Shown: positions 51,319-62,676, counted from the stretch's first letter. The stretch: DNA of 64,000 bases from Limnochordia bacterium (GCA_050951545.1 JBMNJG010000005.1:96001-160000); one strand, 5' to 3'. Notes: a model not told the origin generated them from the letters alone. Numbers and translations: made by a program.

Positions 51319-51735
51319 ATGCGCTGGCAACGCAGACTCAGAAGGCTGCATCTGCAATCGTTCCGCTTCAAAGGCGGCAAGCTACTTCACATAGGCCTTG
51401 AGCCGGATGAAGGGATCCAAGCGCTAGGGCGGGATTTTGTCTCTATTCGGCGTGAAGACCGGCTTTACGTGATTCCCTACAGAGCGCTTCTTTTGGCGCG
51501 CGGGACTCTTCGGGTCAATCCCAATCCAAGCGTGTCCATTACCCTGCGACAGCAACTCGTACAGTGGATAGACCCAAAGAGCAGTCTCTGGCACTACTTC
51601 ATCTCCCGACGCGGCAGACTTTTGAGAGGCGCTGTGATGGCCGTAAGCCAAAGGGGCGTATGGATTCGCGGACCCGAACACCTTCATCTGCTTCGGTGGC
51701 GAATTCTCGGGGCTGCAGTTGAGATACTGGAATAG
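51319..51735 (+). CDS. Hypothetical protein
   Basis: Starts 6 bp after the upstream stop and fills the gap to rex. Basic, no recognised motif. Confidence 0.5.
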   Translation: MRWQRRLRRLHLQSFRFKGGKLLHIGLEPDEGIQALGRDFVSIRREDRLYVIPYRALLLARGTLRVNPNPSVSITLRQQLVQWIDPKSSLWHYFISRRGRLLRGAVMAVSQRGVWIRGPEHLHLLRWRILGAAVEILE

Positions 51736-51753
51736 ATAGACGTGGGTCTGGGG

Positions 51754-52449
51754 CTACTTGGCCTCCACCGAGTCAGCCTCCAAGCTCTTGTGCAACTGAT
51801 ACGCCAAGGACATGAGACTATCACTGAGGTGGACATGCTCTAGAAGCACTGCAGGCGGTACCTGTAGGCGGCGAGGAGCGAAGTTCCACAGGGCGCGGAC
51901 ACCATTGCTCACCAAGACGTCAGCCACTTCCTGTGCAGCACCTGCAGGCACGGTTAGCACCCCTATATCGATCCTGTGGCACTGCAAGTAGCCTGCCAGG
52001 TCAGCAATGGGCATCACCTCAATGCCTGCCACTCTGCTTCCCACGACACTTCGATCGACATCGAAAATGGCCACGATATGAAACCCGCGCCGCCGAAAAC
52101 CCTCATAGGCCGCAAGCGCTTGACCCAGATGCCCCGCTCCTACCAACACCAACTTGTGCTTCTGCGTAAGTCCCAGAATGACGGTAATGATCTGGAAGAG
52201 CTCGTCTACTCGGTAACCGTAGCCGTGATGACCGAAACTACCAAAATGGCTCAGGTCTTGTCGCAGCTGCGACGCTGTAACACCCATATGTGCACTAAGG
52301 TCTGCTGATGAGATCCGTTCTACACCGCTCATAATCAGTCCATGCAAAAATCGGTAGTACATTGGCAACCGCTGAGCAACGCGGGTGGGTACCGTGGTAT
52401 TCTTTCTGATCTCAGGCATTTCGTCTCGCTTCGTATCGCCCCCGCCCAT
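51754..52449 (-). CDS. rex: Redox-sensing transcriptional repressor Rex
   Basis: RLPMYYR, QLRQDLSHFGSFG..GYGY, VGAGHLGQAL, WNFAP. Confidence 0.96.
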   Translation of the reverse strand: MGGGDTKRDEMPEIRKNTTVPTRVAQRLPMYYRFLHGLIMSGVERISSADLSAHMGVTASQLRQDLSHFGSFGHHGYGYRVDELFQIITVILGLTQKHKLVLVGAGHLGQALAAYEGFRRRGFHIVAIFDVDRSVVGSRVAGIEVMPIADLAGYLQCHRIDIGVLTVPAGAAQEVADVLVSNGVRALWNFAPRRLQVPPAVLLEHVHLSDSLMSLAYQLHKSLEADSVEAK

Positions 52450-52484
52450 GTGCCTACCTCCTTGATTGATGACACCACGCTCTG

Positions 52485-53282
52485 CTACGTTCGAAGCCCA
52501 CAGGCCCTGCGCAGCAGCTGGCGCAGATCCTCGAGTGTCCCCGTGAGATCAGGAACCAACTCGGTCTGAGAAGGAGCAGAGGAAGGTTCGAGCTGCAGTA
52601 ACGGTTCCTCGATAGCATGAGCAGTGACTCGCTCCGCCTCTATTTCCTCCTCCGTCATAGCCGGACGCTCACCCGTCACCAAGAACGTCTTCATACCCAC
52701 GAGCTGCGCGGATAAATCGTTTGCAGGGTCATTGCCTACCATTAAGCAGGCACTGGCCTTCAATCCCAGATGCTGTGCGATCTCGGCGAAATACCCCGGC
52801 TGGGGTTTGCTGTAGTGCATGTTTTCAAGACTCGTCACAAGATCCCACGCTATGTCCTCAAGCCCGCCCCAGGCCAAGCGCTGCTGAATGGCGCTCTTGG
52901 GAAACACCGAATTGGTGGCCAAAACTACGCGCAAACCCAGATCAGCAGCCTCTTGTACAACCTCGCGAGCCCCTCGAGCAGGTCGAGCGAACCGACCCAA
53001 GCGAGCGTACTCCCCAGCGTAGTAATCCGCGAAGATGGACATGTCTGCAGGTAGATCCAGGGCTGTGAAAAAGTGATCAGCAAAGCGATCAATAACCAGC
53101 TGTTCACCATCATCAGCACCCATAAGATGCAGCGTCGAATCCACGATCTGCCGCCGAACGTGTTCTGGTGACAACGCAGTGGGAAAGCACTCTGCCACGT
53201 CCCTGAAGTACGTTCTCATGAGCCTCGCGTTGTCTGCTATAATCAGCGTGTCATCCAAGTCGAACAGCACGGCTTGCCACAT
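52485..53282 (-). CDS. HAD family hydrolase
   Basis: FDLDDTL, LATN, SKPQP, MVGND...D. Confidence 0.9.
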   Translation of the reverse strand: MWQAVLFDLDDTLIIADNARLMRTYFRDVAECFPTALSPEHVRRQIVDSTLHLMGADDGEQLVIDRFADHFFTALDLPADMSIFADYYAGEYARLGRFARPARGAREVVQEAADLGLRVVLATNSVFPKSAIQQRLAWGGLEDIAWDLVTSLENMHYSKPQPGYFAEIAQHLGLKASACLMVGNDPANDLSAQLVGMKTFLVTGERPAMTEEEIEAERVTAHAIEEPLLQLEPSSAPSQTELVPDLTGTLEDLRQLLRRACGLRT

Positions 53283-53372
53283 TACACACGAACCTCCACA
53301 TTTCGCTTTCGAGAGCTCTCTATAGATTGGTGCGGCTAGCTTTCGAGCCAGCCGCACCAACACAAACCAACA

Positions 53373-54713
53373 CTACAGGAGTGCATACGGTTCTGGAAGG
53401 GCGCCCTTGTGCGATGGATCAAACCACAGCAACAGGTCCTTCTCAGCTTCCCACAGCTCCTCAAACATCTCGCGTATCTTGCCTAACGGCAGTATGGCCG
53501 CAGTGAGCGGATCGAGAGCGCAGGCATGGAACGCCGCCTCCCGGTCGCGTTCGAGCACGGCCTTGACTGCCAGCTCTTGCACCGCCACGTTTGAACGGTT
53601 TAGCGCAGCCAGTTGCGGAGGCAGGTCGCCGACGTAACACGGATGTACCCCTCTGCTATCAGTCATACAGGGCACTTCCACACAACAGCCCTGCGGCAGG
53701 TTCGTAATCAGGCCAGTGTTCATCACGTTGCCGTTAAAGGAGAAGGGCACGTTAGTCAACACTGCCTCCATGATGGCACTGGTATACTCGCGTGAGCGCC
53801 TCAACTCGCCCACGGGCAGATTCTCGTCGCCTGTCACGCCAGTGTCCCTCATCCAAGCGCGCACAGAGGGAGGCCCATCGGGCACCTCCCTCAGCGTCAG
53901 ACCAAACTCCGCCATCTCCTCTGCTGTTTTGCGAAAGTAGGGCATATACTCGGAGTCGTGTGGACTGCTCTCCGTAGGGAAATACCCGAAATGCTTCATG
54001 ATCTCAAATCGCACTTTCTCTTTTGCCAGCAGCTCGGGCTGCTCCATGGCCTTCCAGATCAGCGGGTAAAGATCGTCGTTGCCTCGTCTAAACTCCAGGA
54101 ACCAAGCGAGATGGTTGATCCCAGCACACCAGTAGGAGACCTCTTCGTAGGGCACTCCGATAGCGCGAGAGAGCATCATGGCGGTGCCCTGCACGCCATG
54201 GCACAAGCCTACATTGCGCACACCCGAATCAACCGAATGCAGCCACGTAAGCATCGCCATGGGATTCGTATGATTCAACACGAGTGCTTCAGGGCAGAGT
54301 TCCTCGATGTCACGGTAGAATTGGTGTTGCACAGGTCCGGTCCGCAGGAAGCGAAACACCGCTCCCACGCTTGTTGTATCAGCAACAGACTGTTCGATGC
54401 CGTACTTACGCGGAATCTCGATCTCGGCCTTGTAGGGATGGCCGTAGTAGGCCCCCCCGCCGACAGAGATGGACGTGATCACGAAATCGGCACCGGGCAA
54501 TAGCTCCCGGCGATCCGTGCTGGCAACGACTTTGGTCGGTAGGTTGTAGCGCTCTGCCGTTCGCTGCACATAACTTCGAACTTTCTCCAGTCTGCCCGCA
54601 TGGACGTCGCATAGACAGATAGTAGCGTCTTGAAGGACCTCCCGAGACATGATATCAATCGACAGCCTACCGCCAAAACCGCTTCCCGCACCGATGATCA
54701 CAACTTTGGTCAA
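53373..54713 (-). CDS. GH4 alpha-galactosidase/glucosidase (second paralog)
   Basis: IIGAGS, EIPRKYG, NHTNPM, GLCHGVQ, AGINH, TESSPHDSEY, DPLTAA. Confidence 0.92.
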   Translation of the reverse strand: MTKVVIIGAGSGFGGRLSIDIMSREVLQDATICLCDVHAGRLEKVRSYVQRTAERYNLPTKVVASTDRRELLPGADFVITSISVGGGAYYGHPYKAEIEIPRKYGIEQSVADTTSVGAVFRFLRTGPVQHQFYRDIEELCPEALVLNHTNPMAMLTWLHSVDSGVRNVGLCHGVQGTAMMLSRAIGVPYEEVSYWCAGINHLAWFLEFRRGNDDLYPLIWKAMEQPELLAKEKVRFEIMKHFGYFPTESSPHDSEYMPYFRKTAEEMAEFGLTLREVPDGPPSVRAWMRDTGVTGDENLPVGELRRSREYTSAIMEAVLTNVPFSFNGNVMNTGLITNLPQGCCVEVPCMTDSRGVHPCYVGDLPPQLAALNRSNVAVQELAVKAVLERDREAAFHACALDPLTAAILPLGKIREMFEELWEAEKDLLLWFDPSHKGALPEPYALL

Positions 54714-54769
54714 CTGGATCCCCCATTTCCCTGGTGCCTGTTCCGCCTAGGGTGTATCTAGTGGTTATG

Positions 54770-55873
54770 CTAGACTGGAAGAACGGTGGATCTTGACTTC
54801 TCAACTACCTCGGCCGCACTGACCTCGCGGCCCAGAGCTTGAGACATGTAGATTCCTTCACTGATTTGGGCTACTTTCAGTGCCAGTGCAGCGGTGGGCA
54901 GAAGCGGCACACGGCCTCGCAAGGCGGCTACCCAATGGTGCTGAGAACTATCGTATGAGTCGTAATCAGCGGTCCAGCGATGCCAGCGGTAGTCTGCGCC
55001 GTTTACGTCAACCTGTGCAGAGACCTCGATGTCTGCTTGTGTGGTGAAGTAGGTCAAAGGATTGAGTTTCAGACCGCCTTTGGCACCCAGAATCTTGCTA
55101 GACTCAGAATCCTCGTAATGGATGGCCCAGCTCTCCTCAATAGCCAGGCTGATACCCCCTGCCAGACGAGCAAAACCGACCCCTAGCTCCTCCACACTGT
55201 AGCCAGCGCGGCGAGCGGGCTCCTCGTACATATCAATCTCCTGGTGTGTAGCCCCGGTTACGGTCTCCACATCCGGATTGCCAAGCAGATCCAGTACCTG
55301 AGCGAGGTGGTAGACTCCCATGTCAAAAAGTGCCCCGCCTCCAGATTCCGCCCTCTGCACAAATGGAGGCGTACCATAGCCATCCACATACACCCGACCA
55401 CGGCGACGGAAACCATGCGAACGCGCATAGTATATCTTGCCCAGCAGACCCTCCTGGATCATCCGCTTGGCTGCCTTGTGCTCCTTGCTGTATAGGGTGC
55501 TCAGCTGAATGTGCAGCATCCTATCAGTGCGTTTGGCCGCTTCCATCATGGCCCTAGCATCATAGTAGGAGCCAGCCATAGGTTTCTCGCAGTAGACGTG
55601 CTTGCCTGCCTCTAACGCGGCGATAGTGATGGGAGCGTGCTTGTTGTTGTGGACACATACGTCGACTGCCTGTACATCATCCATGGCCAAAATGCGCCGA
55701 AAGTCTGTGAATACATTAGGAATACCGTTTGCCGCCGCCACTCGCTGCGCCTCAGGAGCATCGATATCGGCTACCGCCACTACGTTAACCCCTGGTATCC
55801 CAGCGTAATTCCTGATGTGAGACTTACCGATCATCCCCGTACCTACCACGCCAATACGGACCTCATCTGTCAT
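54770..55873 (-). CDS. Gfo/Idh/MocA family oxidoreductase
   Basis: GTGMIG, GKHVYCEKP, GGGALFDMGVY. Confidence 0.92.
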   Translation of the reverse strand: MTDEVRIGVVGTGMIGKSHIRNYAGIPGVNVVAVADIDAPEAQRVAAANGIPNVFTDFRRILAMDDVQAVDVCVHNNKHAPITIAALEAGKHVYCEKPMAGSYYDARAMMEAAKRTDRMLHIQLSTLYSKEHKAAKRMIQEGLLGKIYYARSHGFRRRGRVYVDGYGTPPFVQRAESGGGALFDMGVYHLAQVLDLLGNPDVETVTGATHQEIDMYEEPARRAGYSVEELGVGFARLAGGISLAIEESWAIHYEDSESSKILGAKGGLKLNPLTYFTTQADIEVSAQVDVNGADYRWHRWTADYDSYDSSQHHWVAALRGRVPLLPTAALALKVAQISEGIYMSQALGREVSAAEVVEKSRSTVLPV

Positions 55874-56156
55874 GGGTTTTGTTCCCCCTCCGCTTTGAGA
55901 TAGCTCAACAGCCTGATGCCTTCATCACATCCACTCGTGTGGGCCAGTCTACGTTGTCATTCGACTGAACAGTGCTGGATCCTTGACATTTCCCTTTCGT
56001 GCATGGCGGATCTTGCCTGACCGCAAAGGTTTTCGGTATGAAGTGGCGCATGTATAAAGTAGCAGTAGCAAGCTCTGGTCACATACGGCGAACACTGAGA
56101 GTGGCCGTCCAAGGCCACCAACATGCCCGCACAGCGTAACTTTTCTGGGGAGGTCG

Positions 56157-57950
56157 ATGCTGGTGACGAATACGTTTGGACTCATCGGAAGCCTGCCTAA
56201 GGTGGGCATCCGCCCGACCATTGACGGGCGAAGGCAAGGTGTACGCGAATCGCTCGAACAGCAAACCATGGGTATGGCTCAATCAGTTGCTCAGCTTATC
56301 TCCAGCAGCCTTCACTATCCGGACGGTACGCCGGTACAATGTGTCATAGCCGATACGTGCATTGGTGGCGTAGCCGAAGCCGCACTATGTGAGAACAAAT
56401 TCCAGCGCACAGGCGTAGGCCTTTCGATCACCGTTACCCCCTGTTGGTGCTACGGTACAGAGACCATTGATATGGACCCACTACGGCCCAAAGCCATCTG
56501 GGGCTTTAATGGCACCGAACGACCAGGTGCAGTCTACTTGGCCGCCGCGCTGGCTGGTCACAACCAGAAAGGCCTACCCGCCTTTTCGATCTACGGCCGT
56601 GATGTCCAAGATGCTGACGACCCGCAGATCCCTGGCGATGTCGTTGATAAGCTTCTGCTCTTCACCAAGGCTGGACTAGCCACAGCGATCATGCGAGGCA
56701 AGTCGTATCTTTCCATTGGCAGCGTCTCCATGGGGATAGCGGGCTCGATGGTAGATGACAGCTTCTTCTACGAGTACCTGGGCATGCGTAACGAGTATGT
56801 CGACATGACGGAGCTGAAGAGACGCCTAGACCGTCAGATCTACGACAAGCAGGAGTTTGAGAAGGCCCTGAGCTGGGTGAAACGCCACTGCAAAGAGGGG
56901 CCTGACCGCAACTCCGCTGCTTCCATGCGCACGCGCGAGCAAAAGGACGAAGACTGGCAGACGTCTGTCAAGATGGCCTTGATTGCTCGAGACCTTATGG
57001 TAGGCAGTCCACGGCTAGCTGAACTCGGTTTCGTTGAAGAGAGCATGGGGCACAACGCTATCGCTGCAGGGTTCCAAGGGCAACGGCAGTGGACGGATCA
57101 CCTGCCGAACGGTGATTTCATGGAAGCCATCTTGAACTCGTCGTTCGACTGGAATGGCATACGAAGGCCTTTCATTCTAGCCACGGAGAATGACTCCCTA
57201 AACGGTGCAGCCATGCTATTTGGCTACTTGCTCACCAACACGGCTCAGATTTTCTGCGACGTGCGCACCTACTGGAGTCCGCAGGCTGTAGAAAGAGTCA
57301 CTGGCGAGCGTCTGACTGGCCTCGCCGCAGGCGGTATCATCCATCTCACCAACTCTGGGGCCGCCGCTCTCGATGGCACTGGTGAACAGCAACTAGATGG
57401 GCAACCCGTTATTAAGCCATTCTGGCAGATCACTGAGCAGGAAATGGAGGCCTGTTTGCAGGCGACGACATGGGGCCCCGCCGTGACCGAGTACTTCCGG
57501 GGAGGTGGCTTCAGCTCCACGTTCACGACCCGCGGCGGCATGCCCATGACGATGTCCCGAGTAAACATCGTCAGAGGTCTCGGACCTGTGTTGCAGATTG
57601 CTGAAGGATACAGCGTGAATCTACCGGACCGCGTCCACGACACCCTCTATCAACGAACTGATCCCAGCTGGCCGACCACTTGGTTTGCCCCCAGGGTAGA
57701 CGGGAAACACGCTTTCCGTGATGTCTATAGCATGATGAGCAACTGGGGCGCCAATCATTGCGCTCTCTCCTATGGGCACATCGGCCCAGAGCTCATTACC
57801 CTCGCCTCACTGCTACGCATACCGGTCTCCATGCACAATGTGGATGACCAACGGATCTTTCGGCCCTCCGCCTGGGCTGCGTTTGGCACGCGAGATCTCG
57901 AAGGCGCAGACTATCGTGCCTGTGCCAGCTTGGGTCCTTTGTACGGATAA
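56157..57950 (+). CDS. fucI: L-fucose isomerase
   Basis: [60 protein letters not shown]. Confidence 0.97.
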   Translation: MLVTNTFGLIGSLPKVGIRPTIDGRRQGVRESLEQQTMGMAQSVAQLISSSLHYPDGTPVQCVIADTCIGGVAEAALCENKFQRTGVGLSITVTPCWCYGTETIDMDPLRPKAIWGFNGTERPGAVYLAAALAGHNQKGLPAFSIYGRDVQDADDPQIPGDVVDKLLLFTKAGLATAIMRGKSYLSIGSVSMGIAGSMVDDSFFYEYLGMRNEYVDMTELKRRLDRQIYDKQEFEKALSWVKRHCKEGPDRNSAASMRTREQKDEDWQTSVKMALIARDLMVGSPRLAELGFVEESMGHNAIAAGFQGQRQWTDHLPNGDFMEAILNSSFDWNGIRRPFILATENDSLNGAAMLFGYLLTNTAQIFCDVRTYWSPQAVERVTGERLTGLAAGGIIHLTNSGAAALDGTGEQQLDGQPVIKPFWQITEQEMEACLQATTWGPAVTEYFRGGGFSSTFTTRGGMPMTMSRVNIVRGLGPVLQIAEGYSVNLPDRVHDTLYQRTDPSWPTTWFAPRVDGKHAFRDVYSMMSNWGANHCALSYGHIGPELITLASLLRIPVSMHNVDDQRIFRPSAWAAFGTRDLEGADYRACASLGPLYG

Positions 57951-58049
57951 CGCGGGCGATGGTTTGGCGAAATCCCGTCGCAATGGAAGGAATCCCCGGA
58001 TAGGCGACTAATACTACGTTGTGAAGCAAAATACTGAAAGGGGCGTTGG

Positions 58050-58709
58050 GTGATGAAACGGTTGACCAGGGTAGTTGCAGCATTGAGCCTCGCACTGTGT
58101 CTGGTTTTAGCTTTGGGTGCCTTTGCTGCAGCGGCGAATCTCGAGATGACGGTTCCAAAGGTAAAGAAGGCTCCGGCGATCGACGGCAAGCTTAGCGATG
58201 CAGCCTGGCTCGAGGCCAGCATCAAGGGCGGTAAGACGGTAGTAGACCTTGACAACAATGGGATCATGCTGACAGAGTATCCTCGCATTGCCTACATCTG
58301 CTACGACGACACGGCTCTCTACATCGCTTTCAGGATTTTCGCGCCGGACGTGAACAAGCTCATGACCACGGCGGGCAGCGTCTGGTCCAACGATGAGGTC
58401 GAGATCTTCCTAGAGCCAAACAAGAAGGGCGCCTACACACAGTGGGGAATCGACGCGGGCGGCGTGCTCGATAGCAGCGACGCCTCGAAGAAGATTGAGC
58501 ATGCCATTTCCAAATCTGGTATCATCTGGAACGTGGAGACGGCCATCCCCTGGAAGACCGTTGGCGTCACGCCTAAGGTCGGCGACAAGTGGGGGCTCAA
58601 CTTCTGCGGACACCAGATTGCTGCTGGCGCAGTTTGGGTTTGTTGGAACTGCACCTTTGGTGGCTTCCACAATCCCGGTGGGTTTGGCACAATCGTTTTC
58701 GGCGACTGA
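58050..58709 (+). CDS. Secreted CBM9/DOMON-like sugar-binding protein
   Basis: Signal peptide, APAIDGKLSDAAW, YDDTALYIAF, DEVEIFLEP, VETAIPW. Confidence 0.85.
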   Translation: MMKRLTRVVAALSLALCLVLALGAFAAAANLEMTVPKVKKAPAIDGKLSDAAWLEASIKGGKTVVDLDNNGIMLTEYPRIAYICYDDTALYIAFRIFAPDVNKLMTTAGSVWSNDEVEIFLEPNKKGAYTQWGIDAGGVLDSSDASKKIEHAISKSGIIWNVETAIPWKTVGVTPKVGDKWGLNFCGHQIAAGAVWVCWNCTFGGFHNPGGFGTIVFGD

Positions 58710-58762
58710 TCCTCCAGCACATAGGCAGATGAACGCACTTTTTCGGTAGTTCCCGGAAACCC

Positions 58763-58798
58763 CGTGGTGCCTCGACGAAAGAAGGTCGAGGCACCACG
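58763..58798. other. Perfect 14-bp intergenic stem-loop
   Basis: CGTGGTGCCTCGAC-GAAAGAAG-GTCGAGGCACCACG with no long U-tract. Confidence 0.75.
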
Positions 58799-58880
58799 TT
58801 ACCTGGATTTACAGGCAGGAAAACTCTAGCACGTGAAGAACTTGCCATCGCAGTTCAAAATAGGAGAGGGGCGTTTCGTT

Positions 58881-59522
58881 GTGAAGAGATCAACAGTAGT
58901 GCTTCTCGTCTTGACGTTAGCTCTGGCCTTCAGTGCCATTGCTTCCGCTGCCACACCCAATCTCGAACTGGTCATCCCAAAGGCGAAGGCGGCTCCAAAG
59001 ATTGACGGCAAGTTGAACGACGCTGCTTGGCTCAATGCCAGCATCAACGGCGGTAAGGTAGTCATCGACGTTGATAACACGGGTTCATGGATCGTAGACT
59101 ATCCCCGCGTAGGCTACCTGACCTACGATGCCGACGCCCTGTATGTCGCTTTTAGGATCTTTGCCCCCGATGTCACCAAGCTGCTGACCACCGATCCCAG
59201 CTGGTGGAACAATGATGAGATCGAGATCTTCCTCGATCCCAATCAGAAGGGCTTGGCTACGCAGTTTGGCGTTACCGCTGGCGGTCAGACCAACAGCGAT
59301 GCGATCAAAGCGGCCATCGATAAGTCCGGCATCCGTTGGACGGTGGAGGTAGCCATTCCCTGGGGCGCTGTCAACGCCAAGGCTCCCGCAGTCGGCGACA
59401 AGTGGGGCCTGAACCTCACTGGTCACCAGATCGCGGCGGGTACGTCATGGGTAGCCTGGAACACCACCTATGGTGCATTCAACAATCCAAGCAAGTTCGG
59501 TGTCGTCACCTTCGGTAACTAA
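58881..59522 (+). CDS. Secreted CBM9/DOMON-like sugar-binding protein (tandem paralog)
   Basis: Same motifs as the upstream gene: APKIDGKLNDAAW, YDADALYVAF, DEIEIFLDP, VEVAIPW, GDKWGLN. Confidence 0.85.
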   Translation: MKRSTVVLLVLTLALAFSAIASAATPNLELVIPKAKAAPKIDGKLNDAAWLNASINGGKVVIDVDNTGSWIVDYPRVGYLTYDADALYVAFRIFAPDVTKLLTTDPSWWNNDEIEIFLDPNQKGLATQFGVTAGGQTNSDAIKAAIDKSGIRWTVEVAIPWGAVNAKAPAVGDKWGLNLTGHQIAAGTSWVAWNTTYGAFNNPSKFGVVTFGN

Positions 59523-59550
59523 GAGACGTAGAGTAAGAGCCTGCTCTCGG

Positions 59551-59583
59551 GGCGCCCCGGGCATCATGCCCGAGGCGCCTTGC
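59551..59583 (+). terminator. Hairpin after the second CBM9-like gene
   Basis: GGCGCC-C-CGGGCA-TCA-TGCCCG-A-GGCGCC. Confidence 0.55.
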
Positions 59584-59667
59584 CTTACCACAGCAGGAAA
59601 ATCCACCTCCCGAGAGTAATATTGCGTGAAGGAACGCAGTGAGCACTCTGATGAGAGGGAAGACGTG

Positions 59668-60948
59668 ATGTGTAGAGCAACCGCAAAACCCCACATGAAG
59701 CTCATCTGCACGGGCCTCCTGCTGCTAGCCGCTCTGGTGGTGCTCCCGGCGTCACGGGTTTTCTCCACTTCAGCCCCTCCTGTTTATGTCCGTGTACGTC
59801 TCACAAGTACCTTTCCAGTGCAGCTGAAACCGAATGTGCCGTCTACTTTGTTACTCGATAATAGCGAAATCGAGACCGCACCAGGAGAAGAGATTGTCGT
59901 TACCTGCACCTCGTCAGGGCTAGAGGTTTTTTTCCAGGGCAAGGTCATCCCAGTCAGATGGATGACCCTCAAGCCCCAATCAATGCCTCCTGCTAACCAG
60001 CCAGCACTGGCTCATGGCGTAAGGATCAACGGCGGTCATCTCTATCGCGGGGCCATGGAAGCCCTCACGTACAACGGCCAACCGCTGCTTATTAACGTAG
60101 TCCCGATGAATGACTACCTTTACGGAGTTCTAGGCGCCGAGATGCCCTTGAGTTGGCCTACGGAAGCTCTCAAGGCACAGGCTGTAGCGTCTCGCACCTA
60201 CGCGCTCTACCATACCTTCTACCGCGGCCCCAATGATCCCACGCCCTGGGACGTCGGCGATACCCAAGACTCCCAGGTCTACTGCGGCACCAGTAAAGAG
60301 AGCCCCAGGGCATACGAGGCGGTACGACTCACTGACCGGGAGGTGCTCGTCTACAACGGGCCTGATCCCAACTACCAGGGCAAACTGATCGACGCTGTCT
60401 TTCACTCCACCAGCCCCGGGCGCACGTTCAATGCCGAGGATGTATGGTCTTCGTACCGCCCCTACCTACGCGCTCGCGACGATGCGCTCTTCTCTCAGGT
60501 CTCCCCCCGCTTCTCTTGGGGTCGGGAGTTTGTCATCTCCATCTCAGCCTTAGCTTCGTGTCTCGGCATGAGCCAGATTACGCTGTTGACCCCAGTGTTC
60601 AGTGGAGACGATGCTCACCGTTACACCGCTAGTGGTGATGGAACGGTGAAAACCTTCACGAAAGAACAGCTACGCAAGTGGTTTAACCTGCCCAGCCCAG
60701 CCTTCGAGCTGAAGACCATTAACGGCCAGCCCATCGACGGACCCACACCACCGGGGGAGAAACTCGCGGCTGTCGCGGGAAAAGGATATGGTCATGGCGT
60801 GGGCCTGTCGCAGTACGGCGCCAAAGCGATGGCGGATGCTGGCTGGTCCTACAAGAGGATTCTCACCTACTACTATACCGACGTGCAAGTGATACCCTAC
60901 CGGTTGTGGGGGATGCGCTTGCCCAAGGATCACCCTGGCCGAGAGTGA
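59668..60948 (+). CDS. SpoIID/LytB domain protein
   Basis: YLYGVLGAEM, EALKAQAVASRTYA, SQVY, GYGHGVGLSQYGA, ILTYYY. Confidence 0.93.
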   Translation: MCRATAKPHMKLICTGLLLLAALVVLPASRVFSTSAPPVYVRVRLTSTFPVQLKPNVPSTLLLDNSEIETAPGEEIVVTCTSSGLEVFFQGKVIPVRWMTLKPQSMPPANQPALAHGVRINGGHLYRGAMEALTYNGQPLLINVVPMNDYLYGVLGAEMPLSWPTEALKAQAVASRTYALYHTFYRGPNDPTPWDVGDTQDSQVYCGTSKESPRAYEAVRLTDREVLVYNGPDPNYQGKLIDAVFHSTSPGRTFNAEDVWSSYRPYLRARDDALFSQVSPRFSWGREFVISISALASCLGMSQITLLTPVFSGDDAHRYTASGDGTVKTFTKEQLRKWFNLPSPAFELKTINGQPIDGPTPPGEKLAAVAGKGYGHGVGLSQYGAKAMADAGWSYKRILTYYYTDVQVIPYRLWGMRLPKDHPGRE

Positions 60949-60951
60949 CCC

Positions 60952-62676
60952 CTAGGCGGTCGCCGGATGTGAGCGATGCAGCCCGGCATAAATGCCCCCT
61001 TTTTCGAGCAGCTGGTCATGCGTTCCCATCTCCTGCACTCTGCCATCCTCCATGACTACGATTCGATCGGCATCACGAATGGTAGAGAGCCGATGCGCAA
61101 TGACCACGGTCGTTCTTCCCTCCGAAAGCTTCTCCAGCGACTGCTGTATCTGGCGTTCTGTCACGTTATCCAACGCTGAAGTAGCCTCGTCGAGTATCAG
61201 AATAGGCGGGTTCTTGAGAAAGACGCGGGCAATAGAAATGCGTTGTTTTTGGCCACCCGACAGCTTGACTCCGTGTTCCCCGACATTCGAGTCGTAGCCA
61301 TCGGGTAGGGTATTAATGAACTCATCAATGCTGGCGTTTCTTGCGGCTTCCATCATCTGTTCTTCCGTAGCGTCGGGCCTACCATACATGATGTTTTCGC
61401 GGATAGTGCCACTAAAAAGGAAAACATCCTGCTGCACTAGCCCAATGCTCTCACGCAGGGCCTTCAGCCGAATATCCCTCACATCCGTACCGTCGAGTAG
61501 GATCTGACCCGAGGTCACATCGTAAAAACGCGGAATCAGGCGCGCCAAGGTAGTCTTCCCGCCACCCGACGAACCGACCAAGGCGACCGTTTCCCCGGGG
61601 TGAATGGAAAGGCTCACGTTATGAAGCACTTGCTCACTTGTCTCATACTCAAACGAGACGTCAACAATCTCGATGTGCCCCTCCACATGGGAGGGTACCT
61701 GAGCGTACGAGCGGTCCACGACTAGGGGCTTTTCGGCCATCAGCTCCACAAAACGCTCAAAACCAGTCATCCCCAACTCGTACTGCTGTACGAAGTTGGT
61801 CAGCTGCCGGATAGGCTGCAAGAAGTAGCTGACGAACATGAGGTAGGCGGTGAGATCAGCATAGTCGATAGTGCCATGGTGGACGTAGAGACCACCAGCT
61901 CCAAGCACCATGATGTTGAACATATTGGAGAGGAAATCGAGCCCTGAAGAGTACTCAGCCATCCGCCGAAAAGCTTGTTCCCGAGCGACGCGGAACGAGT
62001 TGTTCGCCGTCTGGAACCTACTGATCTCGAATTCCTCGTTCGTAAAGCTCTTGGCCTCCCGTACGCCCGCCAGGCTGTTCTCCAGATCGGCGTTGATCAA
62101 TGCTACCTCTTCGCGTTCGCGCCGAAAGGCTTCATTCATTCTCTTGCGCCGGGTCAGCGCAAACCACGCGAAAACAGGCACAAAGGCAAAGACGATCAAG
62201 GTCAACTGGGCGTTGATGTGCATCAAGTACGAAAAAGAGCCCACCAGCATCAGTGTGGCGAGGAAGATATCCTCAGGTCCATGGTGTGCCAGCTCAGAGA
62301 CATCACGCAGATCGTTGACAATGCGCGACATGAGGTAGCCAACCCGGGTACTATCAAAGAAACTGCAGTCAAGCGTCTGTAGATGTTTGAACAAATCCCG
62401 GCGCATAGCGAACTCCATGCGCACCCCCACGACATGGCCCCAGTAGTTGACCACGTATTGGAGAACTAACCGAACTAGATATAGCCCCATAAGAGCAAAT
62501 GACCATCGAATCATCAGCTCTATCTGTCCGTTGGGGATGAATTCCTTCATGAACCGACGGGTCATGATGGGAAACAGTAGACTCAAGCCAGCAATACCAG
62601 TAGCGCATACCATGTCTAGCAGAAACAACTTCCACGCATACCGGTAGTAGTAGACGAACTTCCTTACCTTCTCCAC
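60952..62676 (-). CDS. ABC exporter, fused permease/ATP-binding protein
   Basis: TM domain (SELAHHGPED), GSSGGGKTT, LSGGQKQR, ILDEATSALD, IAHRLST. Confidence 0.95.
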   Translation of the reverse strand: MEKVRKFVYYYRYAWKLFLLDMVCATGIAGLSLLFPIMTRRFMKEFIPNGQIELMIRWSFALMGLYLVRLVLQYVVNYWGHVVGVRMEFAMRRDLFKHLQTLDCSFFDSTRVGYLMSRIVNDLRDVSELAHHGPEDIFLATLMLVGSFSYLMHINAQLTLIVFAFVPVFAWFALTRRKRMNEAFRREREEVALINADLENSLAGVREAKSFTNEEFEISRFQTANNSFRVAREQAFRRMAEYSSGLDFLSNMFNIMVLGAGGLYVHHGTIDYADLTAYLMFVSYFLQPIRQLTNFVQQYELGMTGFERFVELMAEKPLVVDRSYAQVPSHVEGHIEIVDVSFEYETSEQVLHNVSLSIHPGETVALVGSSGGGKTTLARLIPRFYDVTSGQILLDGTDVRDIRLKALRESIGLVQQDVFLFSGTIRENIMYGRPDATEEQMMEAARNASIDEFINTLPDGYDSNVGEHGVKLSGGQKQRISIARVFLKNPPILILDEATSALDNVTERQIQQSLEKLSEGRTTVVIAHRLSTIRDADRIVVMEDGRVQEMGTHDQLLEKGGIYAGLHRSHPATA

